From positions 1 through 64,000 of IMG/VR virus record IMGVR_UViG_3300022670_001836: 64,000 nucleotides of DNA. One strand, 5' to 3'. Position 1 is the first letter of the stretch. Each line of letters opens with the position of its first letter. Shown one piece after another: positions 56,835 to 64,000 of the stretch. The notes under the pieces are model-generated. The model did no database searches and was not told where the DNA came from. It saw nothing but the letters and a program-made list of their open reading frames with translations. The DNA comes from a virus (Duplodnaviria; Caudoviricetes). Both the position numbers and the translations under genes were made by a program.

Positions 56835-57118
56835 TGCACGATTATAACCAAAAACTCTTGTTCTTTACCGTATCAGATAATAATTTATTTGAAAAAAACA
56901 ACAGGTATCAAAACAAAATTAAAACCGCTCGAACATTTCATGAACACAACATTTTCACGTTTACATGTTCAAAGTGATCAAAGTGATCAAAGTGATTGTT
57001 TTCAAATTGGTTTTCCGAAATTACAATTTTGGGGTCAAATGTTTCGCTTTCAAGTTGGTATGATTGCGAATAAGGAAAACTTAATAATGATATCTTTATT
57101 TCATGAAAGAAATTAATA

Positions 57119-57244
57119 ATGTGTGCACACCTGATTTTTTTTGGGCTTCATTTCTTGGCCTTGATATTTGGATTTTTCGGTTTATTTATTACTATCCCAC
57201 TACACCTTATTTTCACGGCCATATCAGCAAAAAAGAAAAATTAA
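57119..57244 (+). CDS. Small membrane protein (41 aa)
   Basis: MCAHLIFFGLHFLALIFGFFGLFITIPLHLIFTAISAKKKN; lies just before attC4. Confidence 0.6.
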   Translation: MCAHLIFFGLHFLALIFGFFGLFITIPLHLIFTAISAKKKN

Positions 57245-57293
57245 TAATGCTCAATAGAGATTTGATTGTGTTTGTTAGAACCCACCCTGTTTC

Positions 57294-57349
57294 GCCTAAC
57301 TAGGCGCTTGAGGGCACGGACAAACCGCCCCTCATCTTGAATATTAGGC
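57294..57349 (+). other. attC site 4 (56 bp) with non-consensus R' (ATTAGGC)
   Basis: GCCTAAC-taggc-GCTTGAGG-...-CCTCATC-ttgaat-ATTAGGC; same 7-5-8...7-6-7 geometry as attC1/3. Confidence 0.7.
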
Positions 57350-57429
57350 GTGCTTGTAAGTAGTTTTCTAAAAAGCAATCTAAATATATGGATTGGTCTC
57401 TTAGGTAAATATATCAAGAGGAAGTAAAA

Positions 57430-57543
57430 ATGGGTAAGCGTAAAAACCATAATGATGACGAGTTGATGGAGCTGTTTTTTTTGGGCGTTGCTTTGTTTTC
57501 GGTGGTTTACATGGCTGCGGCTGCGGGTTGTTTGGGTGGATGA
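57430..57543 (+). CDS. Small TM peptide (37 aa)
   Basis: AGAGGA upstream; MGKRKNHNDDELMELFFLGVALFSVVYMAAAAGCLGG. Confidence 0.4.
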   Translation: MGKRKNHNDDELMELFFLGVALFSVVYMAAAAGCLGG

Positions 57544-57760
57544 CAGGGGAAAGGGTTTATTGGGGGCGGCAATTCACCGAACCGTTATAAATTTCAAAAA
57601 ATCAAATACAAACGTTTTTGAAACTAAAAAACGCCACGAAGATTTAATCCTCTATAAAAAAACATCATGGGAATGAAGATGAATTCCCCAAATATGAATT
57701 ACGGTGGTAGCTATTGAAAAATGGTTGGGGTTTGGAAAAGATGCCATAGCGTTTCTACCT

Positions 57761-57785
57761 AAAAAAGGCCGCTTTCGCGGCCTTT
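57761..57785 (-). terminator. Rho-independent terminator
   Basis: aaaggccgc-tttc-gcggccttt, with a T-run on the minus strand. Confidence 0.7.
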
Positions 57786-57895
57786 AAATAAACGTTTTTC
57801 CCAACTCAATTAGTAATTAGCATCGATTCTTGCTCTATCGGTGGTAAATTGGCGATATTGTAATGAAAGTGATGATTTATAGGTGACACTAATGT

Positions 57896-59272
57896 ATGAT
57901 TATCGGCATGAAAAAAAGCAAAAAAGAGAAGTCGTTTTTAGCAGATAGTTTAGCCCATATTGTTAAAAATTCAGATGTCAAAAATTGGGGCACCTTTAAA
58001 GATAGTTTGAGAGCACCCGTTCATCGTTGGTTTACATATCCAGCAGGATTTTCTTATAAAGCTGTCGAGCATTCTTTGGAGCGTTATAAAATTGTAGAAG
58101 GTATGACCGTTTATGACCCATTTATGGGGTCCGGTACAACGAATTTGACATGTAAAACTCTGGGTGTAAATTCTGTTGGCGTTGAAGCGCATCCATTAGT
58201 TTTTAAGATTACTCAAGCGAAAATGAATTGGAACCTTAAGCCAAAAGAGGCCTGTAAATTTATTGATATGTGTGAGAAAAATTTTGAAAAACGATTAAAA
58301 ACAATTACTTCAAAAAAATCTTTTGATGTGACAGACCATTTTCCCGAGTTGATTTTCAAATGCTATCCGTTAGAAACCGTTAAAAAACTATACACTTTAA
58401 GAGAAATGTATCTAACTGAAAAAATGTCTAGAGCCGCCCAAGGTTTCTTTTATGTGGTTCTTACGGCTCTGTTGCGTAATGTATCTAGCGCTGCAACAGG
58501 TTGGCCTTACATTGCTCCAAAAAAATTAAAAATCACATCTGAGAGTAAATGTGTCAAAACGGAATTTGTAAAGTTGGCAAGAAGAATGGTGCAAGACCTT
58601 CAGGATATTCAAGAATCATTTTTAAGTGGAGTGGCATCGTCAAATCACAATATTTTCAGGGGAGACTCGAGAGACACGAAGAAAAAGATTGAAGATGAAA
58701 GTGTAGACCATATATTTACTTCACCACCGTATTTAAATAATTTTGATTATGCAGACAGGACAAGATTGGAGTTGTACTTTTGGGGCGAGGCAAAAACATG
58801 GGGTGAAATTAGTGCCAAAATACGCACAAAATTAATCACATCTGCAACTACGCAGATCAATCGCAGCGATTCTAAATATGAATTACGACCAGATTTCATT
58901 GCGGACTGTCCCGAAATCACTAAGTTTTTGCAAAAGTCTGCGGATAAATTGGGTGAAGTGAGACTGGTGAAAGGCGGAAAGAAAAGTTATGACCTTATGG
59001 TTTTAGGTTACTTCAATGATTTATATCTAATCCTTAAAGATTGCTATCGAGTTTTGCGACCTAATACTAAAGCGTTATTTGTGCTCGGAGACTCTGCACC
59101 TTATGGCGTGCACATTCCAACGGATAAACTAATTGGTGAAATCGGTTTGTGTTTAGGTTTCGCAGATTACAAACAGGAAGTCCTCAGAAAACGAGGAGAC
59201 AAATGGAAGTCAAATCCACAAAGACACTCTGTTGCATTGCAAGAATCTATAATTATTTTAGAGAAAAAATAA
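57896..59272 (+). CDS. Type II DNA methyltransferase (probable N4-cytosine)
   Basis: DPFMGSGTT (motif I) before TSPPY (motif IV). Confidence 0.9.
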   Translation: MIIGMKKSKKEKSFLADSLAHIVKNSDVKNWGTFKDSLRAPVHRWFTYPAGFSYKAVEHSLERYKIVEGMTVYDPFMGSGTTNLTCKTLGVNSVGVEAHPLVFKITQAKMNWNLKPKEACKFIDMCEKNFEKRLKTITSKKSFDVTDHFPELIFKCYPLETVKKLYTLREMYLTEKMSRAAQGFFYVVLTALLRNVSSAATGWPYIAPKKLKITSESKCVKTEFVKLARRMVQDLQDIQESFLSGVASSNHNIFRGDSRDTKKKIEDESVDHIFTSPPYLNNFDYADRTRLELYFWGEAKTWGEISAKIRTKLITSATTQINRSDSKYELRPDFIADCPEITKFLQKSADKLGEVRLVKGGKKSYDLMVLGYFNDLYLILKDCYRVLRPNTKALFVLGDSAPYGVHIPTDKLIGEIGLCLGFADYKQEVLRKRGDKWKSNPQRHSVALQESIIILEKK

Positions 59273-60093
59273 TGGCTGATTATAAAAAAGTTGCCAACCC
59301 TGGCAGTGCTTTAGGCGAAGCTGTAGGTGCTTCAATGGAATGCGCTTTAAAAGAAGAATTAGGCGTATTCGCTGATGATAGTGGTTTTCATTATTTGACA
59401 TCAGGCGTTCGAAAAACAAAGTCTGGTGCAAAAGTCAAAAAATTGTTGATGTCAGACAACTATGCTAATGAATATAATATAGATGGTGTCTTAGCAAATG
59501 ATGCTATGCAACCTTTAATAATTTTTGAATCAAAATACATTAGGTACAAGAAACATAACCGAGACAAAGGAAGTTGGATTTGTACAGCGCATTCAGCAGT
59601 TAGACGAAGATATCACAGCATACGCAGTTCAATCGCGGTGCTTGCAGGAAGTTGGAGCGGTTCTTCACGTACAATGATGCAAAGTAACGACATCAATTTA
59701 TTTTTAATACCCTTTGAAAATATTTGTGAAATATTACTTACGCTTGGTGTTGACTTTCAGTGGGCCGAGAAGGATAAGAAGAAGGCTACGGAAGCGTGGC
59801 TGGCATGGAATCAACTTTCAGAGCCAGAAAAGTCGAGTGTAGGGCGACAGATGATTGAAGTAATCAAGGAGCCCTTAAAAGAACTAATTGAAAAAATATT
59901 AGACGATTCAATTGAAAGAGAAATTGAGAAAGTGGTTGTCGAAATCACTTCAAATATCGGTGAATTAAAAGTGTTTGAGTTTGATACTGTTGAGGAGGCC
60001 ATAGAATTTTTGGGTCAAGATGAATTGAGAGATTATTTTACAACGACAGACTCACTTTCTCTTTTTGACCCGCCGCCTGAATTCGAAGAATAA
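59272..60093 (+). CDS. Type II restriction endonuclease (PD-(D/E)XK)
   Basis: IDGVL...IFESKY; TAATG coupling to the MTase; start reassigned to ATG 59272. Confidence 0.75.
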   Translation: MADYKKVANPGSALGEAVGASMECALKEELGVFADDSGFHYLTSGVRKTKSGAKVKKLLMSDNYANEYNIDGVLANDAMQPLIIFESKYIRYKKHNRDKGSWICTAHSAVRRRYHSIRSSIAVLAGSWSGSSRTMMQSNDINLFLIPFENICEILLTLGVDFQWAEKDKKKATEAWLAWNQLSEPEKSSVGRQMIEVIKEPLKELIEKILDDSIEREIEKVVVEITSNIGELKVFEFDTVEEAIEFLGQDELRDYFTTTDSLSLFDPPPEFEE

Positions 60094-60273
60094 GTTTGTA
60101 AACTTTCAACTTGGATATAAAAAAAGACGCACCGAAGCGCGCCCATGTATGTCTACCTAGTTATTGAGCGGGTTTGGGCTCAATCGGCTCGATTATGACG
60201 TGAATAATCTTTTCGGCTATTGGCCCTTGGCACGAAGGTGGAAAAATCATAGAAGAAAATCGGGTAAATACAA

Positions 60274-60903
60274 CTAACAATCCGGATCATTAATATTCGT
60301 CACTTCCGTGACAACCACATCATCGATGAGATCGGTCAGGATATCTGTGTGGGGAATCAATGTCTTACACGACAAATTGAAACCTCGGCTAGTGATCAGA
60401 TTGGGCGCAAATTCCTCGTGATTTTGTAAAGGCGTTCCACTTATCAAAATATCCAACATGCCCTCACTATTGAAAAAATTCAGACTGGTCACCAAGGCCA
60501 CCCGGACGAAATGATGAAGCAGCACCGTTGTGGTGGGTTCTTTCGACCAAACGACGATGCCGAAGTTTTGTTCCCAATACTCGCCTTTTGTTCGTTCAAA
60601 CTGACTATCAGTCTCGTTAAATTCTTCGGTGACGTTGTTGCCCACTGAGGGGTGAGAAACCCTCTCTTGCCCTGGCACAACGTGTATCATGGGCATTCTG
60701 GTATCGATTCTTGGGTAGGCGTGCAAAACTGGCAGGTCTTCAAGGGCGGCATAATAGTCTTTGAATTCTTGAAGCTCAGCCGCTGTTAAATCTTCATCGA
60801 AAAGAACATCAAAAACAGCGGGGTCGGCGGTGGCGGCGTCGATAAATACTTTGATTTGCTTGACGATCAATCGCTCTGCCAGGGCCAGTCTCGGAATGGT
60901 CAT
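60274..60903 (-). CDS. Tail completion/terminator protein
   Basis: HAYPR....PMIHV; position at the end of the neck genes. Confidence 0.7.
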   Translation of the reverse strand: MTIPRLALAERLIVKQIKVFIDAATADPAVFDVLFDEDLTAAELQEFKDYYAALEDLPVLHAYPRIDTRMPMIHVVPGQERVSHPSVGNNVTEEFNETDSQFERTKGEYWEQNFGIVVWSKEPTTTVLLHHFVRVALVTSLNFFNSEGMLDILISGTPLQNHEEFAPNLITSRGFNLSCKTLIPHTDILTDLIDDVVVTEVTNINDPDC

Positions 60904-61577
60904 TCTTCTAATCCCATATCGCGCAAGACCAGATCAAAAAGATCAAGACCTTCAAAACCAGGGTGGAACCATGAATTTGTGTTGGTGACATTTGATATCG
61001 TTCTGAAAGTGCCGTAAGTCGGCCCGCCTTTACGAACAATTTTTTGCATTCGCTGGTTGATGTGATCGCGGTGTCTCTGGCCGGCTAAGTTTCTCTGCCT
61101 CGCTGATGATTTGGTTCTCGAAACGCCGTAAGCTGTGACGTTTGATTTCCCTTTTGTCAAAAAGGCCGGAAATGTTTGGCGGTCTGACGAGGTTCTCAAG
61201 TTTTTCATGATCTGATGTTGTTCAGTTGACATTCTCTGAAAACGAACCGATTGAGGTGTGCCCTTGCGCATGAAGATAATTTGACTGTCGCCATCTTTGA
61301 TAAGGCCAGGTCTCATGTTATAGGGCACCTGGCCTTGTTCAAGCATATTGGGGAAGGCCCCCACCAGTTCGATAATCACGCTCAATCTATCCCCATCCAC
61401 TTGAAAAGGGTGCTGAGTGACGGCATTGATGTAATCTTGACGGGAGGTATGTAAGGTCTGCTGCGCTCTTGATTTAACGTTCGTCACGAATACTGAAGCG
61501 ATCTCTGCCAAATAATCTGATGGATTCGGAAACGAATTCATGACCTCTTCTGTGAATTGTAAATCGATACCACGCAT
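60900..61577 (-). CDS. Neck/tail-completion protein
   Basis: LHTSRQDYI; NMLEQG..PYNM; YGTFRTIS...SWFHPG. Confidence 0.75.
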   Translation of the reverse strand: MRGIDLQFTEEVMNSFPNPSDYLAEIASVFVTNVKSRAQQTLHTSRQDYINAVTQHPFQVDGDRLSVIIELVGAFPNMLEQGQVPYNMRPGLIKDGDSQIIFMRKGTPQSVRFQRMSTEQHQIMKNLRTSSDRQTFPAFLTKGKSNVTAYGVSRTKSSARQRNLAGQRHRDHINQRMQKIVRKGGPTYGTFRTISNVTNTNSWFHPGFEGLDLFDLVLRDMGLEE

Positions 61578-62239
61578 TACTGCACCACGTCGTGTAGGTA
61601 ATCCAACTCGGCCAGATGATTACGGGGCATTCGAGTGAATGTGTTGGGCCGCAAGACGGTGTCGCGGATTTCATGTATGGCTTCCAAAATAATATAAGAA
61701 GGATTAGTGATGTAGCGAATTGTGACAGATGTGCCATCAGACGGCTTGCTACTGGGCACAAAAACAATCGCCCCATCAACAATATTAAAATCCACACCTT
61801 CTTCAAAAATTTGAGCTTCGCTTGCCAGAAAGACAACTTCTAAAGCTGGATAGCGTAGTGTTTCCTTTGAGCCGATAAAAAGAAGTTCAGAATAAGTAAT
61901 TTGTGAATCTCTTGAAGTCAATCGATCTTTGAATGAAAGATTGTGTTTTGCCGGCGAAGTGATGCTGACCTTGCCTAAGATCCAATTACCCTGCACCCCC
62001 TGGTCGCTGAAGGCATCGATATTTCTTAATGTCGTGACAACGACGGTGATATCAATGGGATCAAAATACAACCAACCATACCCCAGACAGGCATCACAAG
62101 ATGGATCGGTAGTTCCATCTTCCCGCGCACAAAAACAAATGGTTGCTTTTTCCCACTTGAAACACAGACCTTTTTGATCGAGTAACTTTTCAAAGGCTTT
62201 GACATTAAAATCAACCCGTATTGGAAGGGTGTCTGTCAC
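61577..62239 (-). CDS. Head-closure/neck protein with Cys cluster
   Basis: WEKATICFC...CDACLGYGWLY. Confidence 0.75.
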   Translation of the reverse strand: MTDTLPIRVDFNVKAFEKLLDQKGLCFKWEKATICFCAREDGTTDPSCDACLGYGWLYFDPIDITVVVTTLRNIDAFSDQGVQGNWILGKVSITSPAKHNLSFKDRLTSRDSQITYSELLFIGSKETLRYPALEVVFLASEAQIFEEGVDFNIVDGAIVFVPSSKPSDGTSVTIRYITNPSYIILEAIHEIRDTVLRPNTFTRMPRNHLAELDYLHDVVQ

Positions 62240-62556
62240 GGTGATTCATCAGGCCCAAAAAACTGAAAATTGTGATCTTCATCTTCCCAGAATTCAAAGA
62301 GATCAACGGTGGCCACCTCCGGAGCCAAGATCGTTCTCTCAACCTGAACAGAGGGTATCCTCACCACATAAAGCAAGGTCTGCTGAAGATCGATTGTGAA
62401 ATCGCCATTGGCATCTGTTTTGACTTCTTTTTGGCCAATATCTGAGCGCGGGAATTTATCGGTTATTTTGGTGTTCAATTTAAAAAATAATGACTTACCC
62501 GCAATGCCATTGCCATCAAAACCTCTGAGTTGACCAGTTACGGTTACAATAGCCAT
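62236..62556 (-). CDS. Virion Ig/prealbumin-like protein
   Basis: VTGQLRGFDG; KTDANGDFTIDL. Confidence 0.65.
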   Translation of the reverse strand: MAIVTVTGQLRGFDGNGIAGKSLFFKLNTKITDKFPRSDIGQKEVKTDANGDFTIDLQQTLLYVVRIPSVQVERTILAPEVATVDLFEFWEDEDHNFQFFGPDESP

Positions 62557-62933
62557 CAGACTGCCGATTCCAAAACAGTGATCTCGAATTGGTCTATTGT
62601 CTTTTTAGCCCCACCCCCAAGATCTTCATAGATCTCAAGAACAAAAACGCCCGTATCAATAAGATCGCCGGCGACAATACTTAAGGTGGCGATCCCATTG
62701 GTCGGGTCTGTCAGAGCTAGGGTTTTATTAAAATACTCAAAGGCCCCATCAATCAAATCTCGTTTGAAGATGCCTTTGTAAATCAAACCAGTGAGATCGA
62801 CGGGCGTGCCATCAGGGTTCAAGAAGGTGAATACTTGATCGAGAGTGTCATCGACAAACCAAAATACAATATTTTGATTTTCATCGAGAAGTAGTTTGCG
62901 GCCGCATGTAGGGCCAAATCCGGCATTTACCAT
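62556..62933 (-). CDS. BppU-N-like virion protein
   Basis: PDGTPVDLTG...TDPTNGIATL. Confidence 0.65.
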   Translation of the reverse strand: MVNAGFGPTCGRKLLLDENQNIVFWFVDDTLDQVFTFLNPDGTPVDLTGLIYKGIFKRDLIDGAFEYFNKTLALTDPTNGIATLSIVAGDLIDTGVFVLEIYEDLGGGAKKTIDQFEITVLESAV

Positions 62934-62945
62934 TAAAGCCCACCT

Positions 62946-63008
62946 AAAAAAAAATGAAGGGTCAAGAAGTAACCTAATAGTTCCCCCCGAAACTACCCTG
63001 ACCCTTCA
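62946..63008 (-). terminator. Long-stem hairpin followed by T9
   Basis: tgaagggtca...tgacccttca inverted repeat, A9 on the + strand. Confidence 0.55.
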
Positions 63009-63011
63009 AAC

Positions 63012-63524
63012 TTAAATACTTGCCAACCCAGAGGCGGTGACCGCCACATCACCCGAACCGGAAGATGTAGTGACCACGATTCGAAACACTGTCGGATCAG
63101 GCGCAATGACACCAGCTTGAAGCTTGTCCCCGAAACCAAATGGCACCGTGATTGTCTGATCGGCAGCCATAAAAAAGGTATAAATGGGCGTGCCAGCAGC
63201 AAGGCCCCCCGCTTCATCTTCAACTCTGATTTCAATCGTTGCCGCCGTATCTGAACTTATCGTGAGAGTTTTAACGTCAAAAAGAGTGATGGGCCTACCG
63301 AATTTATTAACAGCTGAAGAATCAAAGACAATGGCAGAACCCCCAGATGCAATTGCCGTAAATTTTTCAAGGGTCTTGATAGGTTCAAAGGTGCACTTGC
63401 CCGTCAACAAAGCAGCATTGTCAACCACATCATCACTTACCTGAGCAGCATGACTCCCACGGTTATAGGATTCATTACCCCTGGCTTCGGGTGTTTTGTA
63501 TTTTTCTGCAATTCTCTCTGCCAT
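63012..63524 (-). CDS. Virion structural protein (beta-rich)
   Basis: AAGGGG RBS; within the structural operon. Confidence 0.65.
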   Translation of the reverse strand: MAERIAEKYKTPEARGNESYNRGSHAAQVSDDVVDNAALLTGKCTFEPIKTLEKFTAIASGGSAIVFDSSAVNKFGRPITLFDVKTLTISSDTAATIEIRVEDEAGGLAAGTPIYTFFMAADQTITVPFGFGDKLQAGVIAPDPTVFRIVVTTSSGSGDVAVTASGLASI

Positions 63525-63534
63525 TTTTTACCCC

Positions 63535-64000
63535 TTAATACACGGACATCTTGATGCCCTTCCAGTAGCCACTGAGTTGCTTTATTGAAGCTTCCAGCTC
63601 TTCCTGGTATTGCTTGATTCTGAATGAAAAAATATTGCCTGCGGCTTTGTTCAATCCCGTGGATTGATTCAGGCCGTCAATTCCGAGTGAAAAATTTGTC
63701 ACACCCAAACCACCGATCAGCTCACCGGCAATATTCAAGATGGCAATCGCCGCCCTTTTCATCACCGCATCTTTGACATCAGGTGGTAGCTTGCCCGGCG
63801 CAAAACCGGCCACATAATCGATATGCCAGAAGTTTGGCAAGCTGGTCAAACGGCTATGTACCAGGGGCAAAAATTGACCACCTTGGCCGATAATTATTGT
63901 GTTGATAGAGCCGGCCTGGGGCACCAACTGGATGATGCCATGCTGAAATTTACCCCTGACCCAATCAAGTGGGTATTCAAAAATCTTGACGCTGGTCGGA
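63535..64000 (-). CDS. Head-tail adaptor, 5' end off window
   Basis: Frame open to the window edge; IDYVAGF...LPPDVKDAV...SLGIDGLNQS...RIKQY. Confidence 0.8.
   Translation of the reverse strand, partial: PTSVKIFEYPLDWVRGKFQHGIIQLVPQAGSINTIIIGQGGQFLPLVHSRLTSLPNFWHIDYVAGFAPGKLPPDVKDAVMKRAAIAILNIAGELIGGLGVTNFSLGIDGLNQSTGLNKAAGNIFSFRIKQYQEELEASIKQLSGYWKGIKMSVY

Larger units (their letters stand above)
54060..57349 (+). mobile_element. Integron gene-cassette array without integrase (CALIN)
   Basis: Four co-oriented attC-type sites separating AT-rich genes. Confidence 0.85.
20007..64000 (-). mobile_element. Prophage-like region with contractile tail (left boundary uncertain; head genes off window)
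   Basis: Contiguous minus-strand neck, sheath, tube, chaperone, tape-measure, baseplate, fibre and holin-like genes, followed by small phage-type ORFs. Confidence 0.9.

Noticed and set aside
57103-57303. 66-aa ORF from the track as the cassette gene
   Set aside because: The overlapping 41-aa frame 57119-57244 gives a much more protein-like membrane hairpin.
29-63444. Numerous + strand ORFs overlapping minus-strand genes (e.g. 4965-5678, 36721-37362, 48163-48696)
   Set aside because: Antisense shadows of well-supported genes with no motifs of their own.

Overview
The window has four parts. (1) 1-9.2 kb is an AT-rich minus-strand cluster of exported proteins: a putative outer-membrane protein, a TPR protein, a 663-aa secreted protein, then small signal-peptide/HEAT-like proteins and decayed paralogs, resembling a polymorphic effector/immunity array. 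(2) 9.7-12.3 kb holds a solitary large secretin of the kind common in Planctomycetota/PVC bacteria (host assignment is inference). (3) 12.4-18.7 kb is a defence-type island: a DUF6575-like plus ART-like gene pair, a BcgI-like type IIB R-M system, and a DUF4268 nuclease bracketed by palindromes. (4) About 19-64 kb is a minus-strand prophage-like region. It has a contractile (Herelleviridae-like) neck/sheath/tube/tape-measure/baseplate module, at least seven fibre or receptor-binding genes, a holin-like cassette and a distal operon rich in zinc-finger proteins. Two features stand out. First, a nuclease-less IS110/Nop-domain protein of the TIGR-associated TasA type (23439-24326) sits directly behind a short, degenerate CCA-spacer-TG repeat cluster. 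Second, an integrase-less integron cassette array (an attI/dif-like site plus four attC sites) and a type II R-M system are inserted in the middle of the phage tail operon. Imperfect 9-bp periodic arrays also recur upstream of several accessory operons. No rRNA, tRNA, CRISPR array, phage integrase or capsid gene is visible. All family names come from motif recognition, not database searches.
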